DNA of 64,000 nucleotides from Eledone cirrhosa (lineage: Eukaryota), in the NCBI GenBank assembly GCA_964016885.1, contig OZ024741.1, positions 383,160,001 through 383,224,000 of the forward strand, given 5' to 3'. Shown here piece by piece: positions 12,496 through 25,446 of the stretch. The first letter of the stretch is position 1. Each line of letters opens with the position of its first letter. The notes beneath the pieces were generated by a model. That model was not told where the DNA came from, did no database searches, and was given only the letters and a program-made list of their open reading frames with translations. The position numbers and the translations under genes are program-made.

Positions 12496-15167
12496 GGAAA
12501 CAACAAACAAGAAAGATCAGAACCTTGGTGGAAGAAACGACTGAATGGTCAAATCAGGGAAATGAGAAATGACATTGGAAAGCTTTAGTCCCTACTGAAT
12601 GGGACACTAAAAAACATAGACACTAAATATAGACTGGAAATAAAGTACAAAACTAGGAGGAAAAACTTAATATTACCATAGAGGAACTGAAGCAACGCAT
12701 TGTAGCAAAGAGTGCAAAAGTTAGGCGATACGAGAGCAGAGTCAGTCAGTATAGACAGAACCGCATGTTTGATAACAACCAGAAGATGTTGTTTGGATAG
12801 CTTGAAGGGAAACAAAGAGGCAACGACTTGATCCCTAAGGCGGAACAAACTAAGACATTCTGGAGAGGAATATGGGAGCAGGATGTTAAACATAATGACC
12901 AGGCAGTGTGGACAGTACAAAAGGAGATTAGTGAACAGGCACACCAACAAACTGATTTGAGTATCACAGTTGAAACTCTTATGGGGTAGGCCAAAAATCT
13001 AAACAACTGGAAATCACCAGGCCCAGATGGTGTATTGGATTAAAAATCTAACATCCCTCCACCCGAAACTGACAACCATGTTCAATGACTGCTTGAGGTA
13101 CAAGAGTGGTTGATAAAAGGTACCAGAGTTCTGATAATGAAAGACCCAATCAAGGGTAATGATGTTACCAACTATAGAACTATCACATGTCTGTCCGTAA
13201 TGTGGAAACACTTGACAAGCATTGTGTCTGTGGAAATCTACCATCACCTCCACACAAACAACTTGCTACCGGACGAACAGAAATGATGCCGAAAGAAGTT
13301 CCGTGGTACAAAGGACCAATTACTTATTGATAAGATGGTAATGAGGAATTGCAAGAGGAGACACACTGGTCTTGCCATGGGATGGATAGACTACAAAACG
13401 GCATTTGACATGGTGCCTCATTCTTGGATCACCAAAAGCCTAGAGATCTTCAATGTGGCAGATAACATCAGACAGGTGTTGAGCAAAAGTATGGAGTACT
13501 GGAAAACAGAGTTAACATCAGCTGGAGAATCCTTGGGAGCCTTTAAGATCAAGAGAGTTATCTTCCAGGGAGATAATCTGTCCCCTCTGTTGTTTGTCCT
13601 TGCCCTGATGCTCCTGACCATTATACTGCGAAAAGTGAGAGCAGGATACAAGTTGGGAAAGGGAGAGCTTACCATCAATCACCTTCTCTTCATGGACCAT
13701 CTTAAGCTCTTCGGGAAGAGTGAGAAGGAGTTGGATGTGCTTGTTGACACTGTCCGTATTTTCAGTAATGATATATGTATGCAATTTGGTATTAGTAAGT
13801 GTGGAGTCCTTGTGATGAAGAGCTGTAAATTGAGAAGAAGCTAAGGAATCCAGGTACCAACAGGTGAGATGATAAAGGAAATTGACACTGAAGAAGGATA
13901 CAAATATTTAGGTGTTCTGGAGGCTGATGCCATCGAGAACAAAAAAATGAAGGAACTGATAAGATCTGAATACATTCGGAGAGTAAGGAGCGTACTAAAG
14001 TCACATCTGAACAGTAGGAATGCCATAAGTACAGTAAATTCCCCAGCTGTGTCTATTCCTCGGTACAGTGTGGGAATTCTGAGATGGAATGTTGCTAAAC
14101 AAAAAGAAATGGATAGGAAGACTAGGAAGCTATTGACTATCTACAACATGTTCCATAAGAGGAGTGATGTCGATAGACTCTACTTAAGCAGATCTGAAGG
14201 TGGAAGAGGTCTTATCAGCATAGAGGACTGTGTTCAGATGGAGAAAAACAACCTACACAAATACGTGACTGATAGTAAGTAGCCACTGCTCAGAATTGTA
14301 CTGAAGGAGAGGACAATAGACCAGGAAATGAGCAGCCTTCATGAAAAATCCCTTAATAGTGCCTTCTTTGAGAAAACTGAATTCAGAGATCCACAGACAT
14401 GGAACTGGTTGGAAAGTGGAGACCTTAAAATGGCTAAAGAAGGAATGTTTATGGCTGCGCAAGAGCAGGCCCTGAAAACGAAGTGGCTGAAACACCATAT
14501 TTACAAGGAGGAGGCTAGCCCACTGTGCAGGATTTGTGGAGAGTGAGAGGAGACTGTGGCTCACATTGTATCCGAGTGTAAACACCTAGCCCAGACTCAC
14601 TATAAAGGCTGGAGATATGATGTGATGGGCAGGGTGATCCACTGGCACCTATGCAAAGTAAACAATTTACCACATTCTGAGAAGTGGTATGAGCATAAGC
14701 CAGAGTCGGTGATAGAAAACGATCAGGTGAAGGTGCTGTGGGATTTTAGGATACAGACGGACAAGAAACTGGAAAACAATAGACCTGACCAGGTGGTTTT
14801 GGACAAAGAAAAAAGATCGTGCCTGATTGTGGATGTGGCCTCCCCATTCGACACGAGCGTGCAAGAGAAGGAGAGGGAGAAAATTAACCGATACCAGGAC
14901 TTGAAGTGGGGGGGGGGGGGGGGGGGTAAAAAGGATTTGGAACTGCCATGAAGTCAAAGTGGTCCCGATTGTCATAGGCGCACTAGGTACTATCTCAAAG
15001 AGTTTCCGGGGATGGTTAAAGAAAATTGGCCCCGCCCCACTTTTTGGAACACTTCAAAAGGCATGCTTGCTGGGAACAGCAAGAACCCTCCGATTCGTCC
15101 TGAATATCTGAGGCTGCAGGTAGTGGCTTCATATTCACTTCAACAAACTTTCCAGTTAACTAACATC
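12496..15167 (+). mobile_element. 5'-truncated R4/Dong-type RLE LINE (family D1)
   Basis: [53 protein letters not shown]; ends in (AAT)n. Confidence 0.88.
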
Positions 15168-15259
15168 AATAATAATAATAATAATATTTCAAGAATTATT
15201 AATAGTCAATATATTTTTCTTCATAGTCAGTATTTTTGTGTATAATGCTTGAAAGGTTC

Positions 15260-15645
15260 TTCCAGAATTATGTAGCCAAGTTCCGAATAATTCATTTTTC
15301 TTATTAATTAAATTACCATAATTTATAATCATTAATAGAGTTTCCAAATTGCAAAGATTGCAATAGGGTGAAATGGAAGCGTTCCGATAGGAATCAGAAA
15401 TGTTGGTTTACTCCAAGAAATTGTGTAAAGACCATATTAATTGTCATAATCATGTAGAAAATTGTTTATCTGAATTAGAGAATGAATGTTTATGATTGGA
15501 AAAGCGAAACTTAAAGTTCAGTGAAGTGGCACCAATGTAGGTATAAGTATTATTATTATTTGTCTCAATGGTACATTTATATACTATATTCTTGTCAAGG
15601 CAATTACTAAAGAGCATTCAGATTTCCCTCTACAGTTACAATTCA
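15260..15645 (-). pseudogene. Penelope-like GIY-YIG endonuclease remnant
   Basis: Manual translation: CNCRGKSEC / NCLDKNIVYKCTIETNNNNTYTYIGATSLNFKFRFSNHKHSF / YCNLCNLE / LINKKNELF. Confidence 0.8.
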
Positions 15646-15766
15646 ATTCAATGTTATTTCTATAACCTAAACTATTCGTATTATCATTATTATTTTTAGG
15701 TGTTCTATACATTATTCGTATTTAAACTATTGTTATACCTATATTTAAAGTATCGTATTTAAACTA

Positions 15767-16138
15767 TCCGTATACCTATATCTCGCTCCACATCCTCTTT
15801 TTCATTAAATTTAAGTTTAACATGTTATTATTTGTGGTATATAAATGTTGAGATTTGTTGTAATAAATCACTGCCAATACTGGAATTAGACCATGAAGAC
15901 CGTTGAGGTTTGTCATACATCAATTCAGGTATTTTATCTGACGAGGACGTAGTGAAAAAACAGCACAGTACCTTCGAAATATATATAATAAAACATATAT
16001 TTTGATTATGTGAATGTCTTCATTTATTAATATTCTGAATAATATTAATAACTCCAGAAAACTTTATTGTAGAGTGCTTTTAAACTATTGTAAAACTATA
16101 TTCATTGAGTAATCAATGAACCATATTAATCTGTGGTT
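15767..16138 (+). mobile_element. PLE pseudo-LTR-like repeat (family P5) plus ~94-nt tail
   Basis: Inverted copy of 5123-5400; extra tail 16045-16138 runs into (TA)n. Confidence 0.75.
15932..15993 (+). ncRNA. Minimal type I hammerhead motif, stem II decayed
   Basis: TTTTAT-CTGACGA...GAAA-TATATA-TA-ATAAAA; two stem II mismatches. Confidence 0.7.
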
Positions 16139-16150
16139 ATATATATATAT

Positions 16151-16372
16151 GTGAAGGCGCGTGGCTGAGTGATAAGAGAATTGGACTCTCAATCGTAAGG
16201 TTGCGAATTCGCTTCCTGGATATGGCGATGCGTTATGTCCTTGGGCAAGACACTTTATTTCACGTTGCTCCATCTACCTGGAGTTCCGACCGATAGATAG
16301 TATTAGCAATTGGAAAGACCAATGGAAACATTGTTTCCTCGGTCTGATTTGACGAATGTCGTCAATCGACTG

Positions 16373-16375
<3 letters not shown>
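16151..16375 (+). mobile_element. tRNA-derived CORE-like SINE (family S2)
   Basis: GGCGCGTGGCTGAGTG head, TGTCCTTGGGCAAGACACTT core; related copy at 50719. Confidence 0.7.
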
Positions 16376-16439
<64 letters not shown>

Positions 16440-16504
16440 TATAAACGCATAAATTAAATATATGTATTTGTATGTATGTATATATATATATCGTAATGTA
16501 GTAA

Positions 16505-16652
16505 TAATTGTTTCTACTTTAGACACAAGGCCAGCAATTACCCAGTACATTACTGGTACTTTATTTTATCGACCCCGTAAGGATGAAAGGCAAAGTTAAC
16601 CTCGGCGGGATTTGAACTCAGAATGAACTCAGAATGAACTCAGAATGAACTC
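16505..16652 (-). mobile_element. 5'-truncated SINE S1 with 18-bp TSD and 11-nt stutter
   Basis: TSD TCGTAATGTAGTAATAAT at 16491-16508 and 16651-16668; (TGAACTCAGAA)3.6 at 16613-16652. Confidence 0.85.
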
Positions 16653-18829
16653 GTAATGTAGTAATAATGATAATAAACAATATAATATATATACATTTAT
16701 ATCTATGATATATATATACACCTACTTCGTTATGATCATTGATCATATTTATGTGATTATGGTGCCTATGTGCCTGTGGAGGTACCTCTAATATATGTAT
16801 TTTTATTTATTTAAAAGCAAAAAGAATACCTGAAAAAAGAATGAAATATAAAGGATGTTTCTAATACTCATATGTGATTTGAGATTATTAATGAGTTGAT
16901 GAAGCCGAGAAAATCAGACGTCTCGAAACGTCGTGAGAGCTGTGGTCAGAATTTAATCTGAGATGAGAACATTAAATCTAAGCTAGCGGTGAAGGTAACG
17001 AAAATATGTGTCGAATAGTTAAAAAGTGAATATTTAGTGTGGTTGGATAAATTAAATTTGAAATGAAATTAATCGGTCAAAAGAGTGTCAGGTTACTTTT
17101 AAAATTTAGACATAATGCTGTTTATTTTAGAATCCGTAATTAACTGATTATCTGAAAAAGAAACTTTCCATCTGCTAAACGTTGTCTTGTTTAGATTATA
17201 TCTAAAAATAATTTTTTTAACGAAGAAAGAGAAAAGATCTAATTATCTTTTTTGAGATGTCTATGGATACACATGCACATATACACACTTACATACATGT
17301 ATGAAATTTAATACTGAAATTTACGAGAATCGGTAGAGTTAATCTCAAATTTTAAATTGTTATATAGAATAAACATATATTTTTTACATGCATTTAAATT
17401 AATGGAATGAATATTGGAAATCTTATTCGCATATACGCATTTAACGGATCGATCTTTTCAATCGATATTTTAAATGTTTATATGCTTATAAAAATGTTCA
17501 CTAACTAACCCATTTCCTTTAAATTAATTTTATTCTAAATAGCAATATACAATTTTAAATTAACTCTGCCAGTACATGAAGACTTATAAAATATATTCGG
17601 AAATAATAAATTTAAGTTCGTTTTCTGGGAATAGCATTTCTTGTGCTGAATCCAAATAGGTTTATAGGGTTTCTCTAGCAAATTGAGGTTTTACCTTTTT
17701 CTTTATATTTCATGTTTTCTGTATGCCATACAATTTAATTTTTGAAGATCCTTTTTTTCACATTTATCAGAATACATACCAAAACTCGAGTGTCATTTAA
17801 AACATTATTTCGTTGAAATTTTCGTTGCACTATTACTCAGACCTTTAAGAGTCTAACATAAGTGAATTCCATCTACCTTGGCAACACTTTTCCGAGGTTT
17901 TAATATATTGATAAAAACGTGTATCATATTTTTTGCTTATGATAATGGGGGTGGTGTTTTCATATGGCTTGTCTTAAAATTTGTTGTGTAGTATGGGAAC
18001 ATATCTTATATTACGCCAGCATGTAATAACGTGTGGTTCGCTTTATGGTCTTCGGTTGCGATCAATCCATGCAAAACACGAGTTCGTTGAAATTAAAAGG
18101 AGCTCTTCCAGAGTTGTACGTTACTCACTGTTCTGAAGAGGGAGGAATTTAATTGATGCAGTAAGGAAGACATTTCAGGGGTTATAAATACGAGCAGAAT
18201 CCTTTTGAGAATTGTTTCCCATGTACAGCTAGAAAAGGCAACGAAAATGACAGATAACAGCAGGAGCAATAACAATAAATGCGGGCTTCAAGTCACATTT
18301 CTGGGTATCCCGATCCGTTGGCCAGAAGAGGCGGACCTCATTCTTTTAATGGTATTACATCGTTACCAGCCGATTGGCAATTAACGGATAAAAAACACAA
18401 AAGAAATAAACTGAGTACTAACCCAACGCATGAAAGAGATGTGTGGATGTGAATCACACACCGAAACACATGCAATTTGTTGTTTTTCTAAACATCAATA
18501 AGCTCCAGATAAAAGTATTGTACAGCCTGAAGAAGGTGGAGGTTTGTCATTTTGGGATATAATTGCATTGTTTCATTAATCATTTTATTTCTGCATAAGG
18601 TGACTTCCCGTCAAAAAATCACTCTCACACAAAACGTTCAACAAAAAGAGATCAATTAAATTGCACAGGAAAACTCACAGAATGTACGCAAAAATTAGTA
18701 ATATTTGTATAGATAAAAACTCAATTTGATGAATGTGATCGATGTTGTTTTGACACACGAAGAAAATGCTTATTCTAATGAAAGAGGGTGTTGTTTTGAT
18801 ATGTGGAAGAAGATGATTTGGGAGTTACA

Positions 18830-20760
18830 TAGACAGTAATTTTCGTAACATATAAGAACTATTTTCTGAATTGCTTCCATTTTTAGCTTTCCGGGGATTT
18901 GAGATAATCAACTACTTTTGCTATTATTCCAAAGACACCTACAGCCACGGGTTTCCACATTCTGTCAATTTCTATTTCAAGATCTTTAAACTTTCTCAAT
19001 TGCTGGAAAGTTTTGACAGATACATTTATATAAATTTGGACAGTCATGTCGATGAGGAGACATGATTTTTCTGAAACCATTCAATATAATGTTTGGCATG
19101 TTTTCCTCAATCTGTCTGTCAATTTGAAGAGAATGTTCCATTGGGGTGATATACGATCATTTTCAAGCACTGGAGGTGGTTTATATTCCCACCAGTCTTT
19201 ATAACGGTGTAGTTCCAGCTTCTTACAACTTATCCAGTCGATATACTGTACAGCTTTATCATGCCTGTTGAGATAGACTGAGGCACAAGAAGGCTTCACA
19301 TGGGGACAATGTGATGGATAGTATCAGGTTATTGGTTGCATACTCGAAATGTTGGGCAGCTGCCCTTCTCTAAATTGTTGCCCTGATTGCTTCTGGTAGG
19401 GATGGGAATTGATTCTGATTAAATCTTTTGCCAGATCTTAAGCTAGAAGACGCTAACCAATGATGGGTAAGAATTTTGTCACCATCTCTCTCGGTATGTA
19501 CTATGAAGGGTTTTTTCTAGGCATTTACCAGTAAGGTTATTTTAAGCTGCACTTTTAATATGAGTTTTCGTGTGTTTAGCTTATTCTGTGTTAGTTCTTA
19601 GTTCATCTAATTCTATGACATTATGTATTTGGACGTGAATTGGCAGTATCGGTAGTGAATCTTATTCCTGTTTTCATGTTTTAAAACAAGTTTTAGCATC
19701 TAGTCAACAGAGTTTCTCAGATAAGAGTTTAGGACAACCATGGCATATTCCAGTAGTAATTCAAGTTGTATGAGTCCAAGACCTCCTTCATGTATTAGTA
19801 TAGAAATTCGTTCTATGTCTGCTTTATTCATTCACAAGTTTACAGATTTCAGCAATTAAGCAGTTAATAATATTGATACTACAAGTTACTATCGGTATGG
19901 CTAAAGTATTAATTGCTTCAGTCCTGTTCCTTGGGTTAAACTATTTCTTGCGTATTGCCCTTACCATGCAGTAGATTCGTTTCTGATATTTTCCCTAATC
20001 ATTGAGTGTTTAATTCCATCGACGTCATATACACCCGTCAAGCATTTCTGTCCGTCCTATGGCCCTAACTCCTTTATAGAAGTTTGTTCAACGTCGGATG
20101 TTTTTCATAGTTTCCATATGACAAAGGTAGCCTTTTCATATTTATCAAGGCGAAACTCCATCCTATTGTCAACACGAAACTGTTTCACAACTGATAGTAG
20201 GCCTTGTAGCGACTGGTCATTTTTTTGTCAAAAGATTTGAATCATTCATGTAAATGATGATCTTTAAATTTCTTATATATTTTATAGCCACATTGTGTTT
20301 TACAGTGAAGTCCGTATAGAGGTATCTGGGCTGGACAAAAGAGGAGTGGTGTTAGAGAAATACGCTGAAAATATTCCCTAAGATTTCAACAATCCTCCGC
20401 ATTTAGCGATTTCTTCTCATTATTCAAAATCAGTGTAGTTTTCCATGAACTAGCAGATAGAAAGTTTCTTAAAGTAGGTGATATTTTAAAAGTTTGTAAG
20501 CATTTATCGATCAAACTATGTGCTAGACAGTCAAAAGCTTTTTATTATTTTCTACCCAAGCTATTGATAAGTTCATGTGCTGGTTATGACAATCTTCCAA
20601 AATGATTATTTATGAGAAGCTGATCTTTACAATCATAGACCCCACGTTTACAGATTTTCGCTCTTTGAGTAACTTGTCATTTACTGTTGAGAAGTTATAC
20701 ATTTATTCAATCAAAATAGATGTTAATATCTTATACATAGTTGTTAAGTAGGTTATAGTC
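18830..20760 (-). mobile_element. Old, decayed R4/Dong-type LINE
   Basis: Fragments YLNRHDKAVQYIDW..WWEYKPPPVLEN and CLLIDMTV..KFKDLEIEIDRMWK; RT remnants toward 20760. Confidence 0.75.
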
Positions 20761-21059
20761 ATATAGGTTATAGTTTTATTTGTTTCTTCTTGTTTCAGAA
20801 GAATGTAATACCATTAACTATAAAAGATGGCATTTTATAAGGTTTCGCTATAATTTCGGTATAATTACTGTTTTACCCAGCGCAGCTCTGTACACGCCTA
20901 TAAGCAGTGTAGTTTTTCCTGCTGTTGTTCCTATTGTATTGACAGTACTTTTCGTAATGTGTGTGCAGTGCCTAGTAGTGCTATCTTTTGTATGCTGTAT
21001 ATATTTGTAAGACCTGGGGTTTTGGCTACGTATTTGTCTATGTGTGTTTTTTAATCATT

Positions 21060-21290
21060 CTTAAAGCACCTATTATTATAGGTAGTTTTCTGTTTTCGTT
21101 TTCCACATTCGAGTTATTTCTATCTCTAGATCTTTATATTTGGAGAGTTTCTCTATTTCTTTGGAAGATACATTGTTGTCTATGGGGATAGATACATCGA
21201 TTAGAAGGCAACTTGTTTTCTTTGTGGTCTTTGAGTATAATATATCTGATCGGTTGGCTTCGATCTCTCTGTCTGTATGTATTGTCATAT
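21060..21290 (-). mobile_element. R4/Dong RLE-domain fragment
   Basis: TDREIEANRSDI..CLLIDVSIP..KLSKYKDLEIEITRMWK. Confidence 0.75.
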
Positions 21291-21339
21291 CCTAAAGAAT
21301 GGTTGCTTTGTGATTTTCTGACAATTTTATTATTATTAT

Positions 21340-21590
21340 ATTTTTTTCATTTATCTTGCTTTATGTTCATACAAGTTATCACCGAGTCACAATCAGTGAC
21401 TTCAAAAACCAACAAGATCCAACATGTATTATCAGGTGTTTAGACTTTTGATGTATTTATATTGACAGAATCTTCCTTAGCGTATGGGCAGTTCCCATTA
21501 CTACTATCTTTTGTATTTCTTCTATACGCGGGTTTCCTGGGATTTGGGATATGCAATCATTAGACCCCTTAGTTATCATTCCCCTTTGGT
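21340..21590 (-). mobile_element. 3' fragment of Dong family D2
   Basis: QIPGNPRIEEIQKIVVMGTAHTLRKILSI* and 3' UTR match 39559-39830. Confidence 0.8.
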
Positions 21591-21616
21591 TTATTATTGT
21601 TATTATTATTGTTATT

Positions 21617-21678
<62 letters not shown>
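21591..21678. repeat. (TTA)n/(TTG)n microsatellite
   Basis: Direct reading. Confidence 0.95.
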
Positions 21679-21679
<1 letters not shown>

Positions 21680-21889
21680 CCATCTTTCAAGATCTGGTTC
21701 GCTTCGCTCCTGTAACTATTTTCTCTGTTATTCAACATTTTGCATTGAAATGTTAATATCATTTTGAAGCTAAGTAAACCAGTATCCTTGTGTGCTGGAC
21801 CTTTTTGCTCAACTTGAAGCGCTTAGGGGCCAAATCTGTGTTTGTTTAAGAAACAGGCCCCTCACATTTCTACGAAAATTAAGATGGTA

Positions 21890-23794
21890 TTCAGCATCAT
21901 GTGTTCGGTCCGCCAGGGTTGTGCCCTCTCGACCCTCTTGTACATATTGGCCCTCAAGCCGTTACTGCTCAAATTGGAAACGACGAGGGGCGTCCCACGC
22001 TAGACGGAAGGACCGGTTAAATTGCTCGGGGTCTGGTTTGGTCCGGACCTCCAGATGAAGAAAAGCTGGTGCGAGGTGATGAGCAGGGTGGCCTCTCTCA
22101 CACAGAAATGGGCCGTGATGGAGCTGTCCCTGAAGGTAGGGCGGAGGTGGCGAATGCGTACATCGCATCCGTCATCTGTTACCAAACCGTCGTGCATTTT
22201 CCCCAGCTGTTCGCCTTGACGGAGCTGCAGTACTGGATCAGGAAAAGACAGAGAGATAGCACTTGGAAGCTGGAATGTCTTCAAGCACTAACTGACCTCT
22301 ACCAGCTGGGCACTAGTATCGGTGGAACATCTACCTCGGCGTTCTATAGAGGACTTGTGGAGAGGAAGAGCGACGGCGTTCTCGGGGAAACCCTGGGCGT
22401 CGAAGATGATCAGCAGTTTGCTCTCTTCAAGAGAACTTTCAGCCCGGGGCCTATGAACAGCGTTCAGAAGTCCCTAGACTGGCAGTGTTACCGAGGAGCG
22501 TTGCCGGTGCGAGATAAGTTCTACATTAATTTGGATCAGTCGACAACTTTCGATAGGTTCGACCATCGTTATCTGGCGGCGGTTCTGAGAGCGGCCGGCA
22601 TTGAGCCCGTCTTCAGAAGTTGGATCACTTAAATGCACAGGGCCATCTGTTTTGTGGTGAAAATGAACGGTCACCTTTCGGAAACGTTCAGCATTATGCG
22701 CTCGGTCCCCCAAGGATGTCTCCTCCCTTCATTGTTGTACGTATTTAGCTCTCGCCCCATTACTTCACAAATTAGACACGTTGACCTGTATCGTGCATGA
22801 ATTGGATTGCGGGAGAACCGTGTCAGCATATGCAGACGACGTCATGGTAGTGGTGTCAAGCGCCAAACACATGATGCGATCCTCACTGCATTAAGAGAAT
22901 ATCAGGCGGTGACAGGAGCAATAATCAACCAGAAAAATACAGTGGGCCTGCGGCTCGTCACCTGGCGAGGCAAGTCCAAGCTGTCCAACAGCATTGTCGG
23001 GCGCTGGACGGACGGACCTGTTAAATTACTAGGGGTCTGTTTCGGTCGAACAAAGACTGGGCCAAAGTGACAAGCAGGGTGAGCTCTCTCACCTAGAAAT
23101 GGGCCGAGAGAAAGCTATTCCTGAAATGTCGCAAAGAGGTGGCAAACGTGTACATAGCGTCCGTCACCTACAACCACCTGACCGTTGTTCTTTGTCCTAA
23201 GCCTCAGCTGACTGCGCTGGAGCGTTTGCTCTTTCGGTTTTTGTGGAAGGGACGCACTCCAAAGGTCTGGTGGTCCATCTGGTGTCAACTCCCGCTACGT
23301 CGAGACCTGGCCTTGCCTTGGCTGATGATACGCAAACATGCGTTCAGGCTACGGCATCTCCACTGCTTCCTCGATGGTGAACAGGTGTGGTCACCGTTTG
23401 TTAGGCACGTATTTTCCCAGCTCGATTCCTTGACGGAGCTGCAGTCCTGGGTCAAGCGAAAAATGAAATGGAGCGGAAAGAGATAGGAAATTCTTCAGGC
23501 GCTCACAGCCCTCAACCAATCGGGCGAATCGATCGGTGGAAACACCACCTTCGCGTTCTATTGAGGTTTAGTGGAGGGAAAAAGCGATGACGTCTTTGGG
23601 CAGATTCTGGGCGTCGATGAAATTCAACTAGCCAATATGTTCGGGAAAAATTTGGGGCCCGGGACCATGGACAATTTCCGTAAATCCCTGGCCTGGCAGT
23701 GCTATAGAGGAGCGTTGCCAGTTCGGGTTAAACTCTACAGGCATGGAAGTGCCGTCTGCTGGGCCTGTTTGAGATGCGAGCAGGGCGGCGAAAC

Positions 23795-23795
<1 letters not shown>
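21890..23795 (+). mobile_element. Two tandem, internally deleted Tx1 ORF2 fragments
   Basis: LGVWFGPDLQ..WQCYRGALPVRDK, then a jump back at ~22526 to INLDQS..FDRFDH and a second pass to CLRCEQGGET. Confidence 0.8.

Positions 23796-23858
<63 letters not shown>
23796..23858. repeat. (GTA)n microsatellite
   Basis: Direct reading. Confidence 0.95.
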
Positions 23859-24699
23859 TATTAAATCAAGTAACTAAATCACCTATAAAGACAGGAATTG
23901 CCATTAGGTTCAATGGATTGTTAACACTACCATTTTTTTTCTCGAACTACCGATTTTTTGTGTTAGCCCATTTATTTATCCACTTTAGCTATATTCGTCT
24001 TTCTTCTGTAAATATTTGGCTTTACGACATTATAAAAAGTACTTATTATACATTGCTATCAAGTACTGGAGTAGTATAAACAATACAGGACAATATATAA
24101 TCACATTTAAGTACTTTAGACGTTCATCTTCCCAGAGACTATATAATAATTAAAAGTCAAGCAATTGTATGGATAAAATCGACTCTACTCCTACACAAAA
24201 ATGCGTTATGTTGTGTCAGACATAGAAACCATAAATATAGGTTGCTAAAATACAGAAGGTATAAATGAAGGGAATGCATCTTTGATTCAAAGTTAATTGG
24301 AGCTGAATCTAAAATCAGAACTCACTCTCATTTCAGAGTGTTGATAAAATTTATATTTGTGGCGTATTTACGTCAAATGAATTATATTCGAACATATGCG
24401 TCAAAGTGTTCTAAGAAGTTGCTTTAACACGAGCGTGGTTTCCTCTCCAATTACACTCGGAGTGCCACGTGAAAAGGTCTTTTACTATTGTTCATCATGT
24501 GATTGCAATTGACTTGACACACTCGACGCATAAGCCGGTTATATATTTATATATACATATATTGGAAAATGTGTGAGATCCTTGGTACAGTTAGCTATAT
24601 TTGAAAAAAAGGACTTCACTAGTAGTTCTAAACAATTTGATTTAATTGTATGATATTATAATATTATGAGTTGGTAGATCTAGTAAGTTCTTTGTTAAC

Positions 24700-25430
24700 T
24701 TCGGTGGGAAGATTTTTAAAGATCCCTGCTTAACTATCCTGGAAAACTTTCTCGCATTCGTCGGTGGTTTTGTGGGTTTTCTTTGTCTCATCCTTTCTAT
24801 TTAGATTTTTGGGCTATTGGCCATGTAAGGATTTCTCTTGCCATCGTTTAACATGGCATTCTGGATGTCAGTTTTATATTTAAATTTTATGTCTCGCACA
24901 AATTCTGTTTTTGTTTATTCGTTGTTTTCATTTTCCCCACAATTATCTGTTAGTCCAGTTTCTGATTTGAAATTTTTGGCTTCCTTTAAGACCGTGAACA
25001 GCTTTTTGTTTTGTTCAGGTTTTGTGGGTATTTGTATTAGATTTCCTTTATTCTTTATTGGGTATTTTTGTAAAGTTGTTTAATAAGAGTTTTCTAGTTG
25101 CATACGTCTCTCCTTGTGTTGTTGGTAGGTATAATACTCCTACGTCTGATTTTGGATGGTGTACTATAAATATGGTCATTATTATTCCAGCCAGTTCTGT
25201 TAGTGTCTAGTTCAGAATATTAAAGCTGTAGCTCATTACTGTGATTGTTAATGTGTTCACGCCAATCATCTTATTCTTTGCAATGAGTTCAATTTTGAGT
25301 ATTAACCTCATTCTTCTGTAGTAGACTTTCTTAATATTTTCGTTTATCTCTTTCATGTGTGTGTTGAAGCATATCTAGTTCGTTGATTTCTAAGTATTTT
25401 TATGTTTGAGTTTGATGTATCTTTTTGCTG
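24700..25430 (-). mobile_element. Highly decayed R4/Dong fragment
   Basis: Manual translation HHPKSDVGVLYLP and KRWQEKSLHGQ match D2 motifs HHSKADIDRIYLP and KKWQEKPLYGK. Confidence 0.6.
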
Positions 25431-25446
25431 TTTCTTATATCTAACA

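Noticed and set aside
16895-16945. TTGATGA...TCTCGAAACGTCGT hammerhead-like string
   Set aside because: Core, cleavage triplet and stem I are all imperfect
17560-18760. Possible DNA-transposon remnant
   Set aside because: No TIR pair or transposase motif identified
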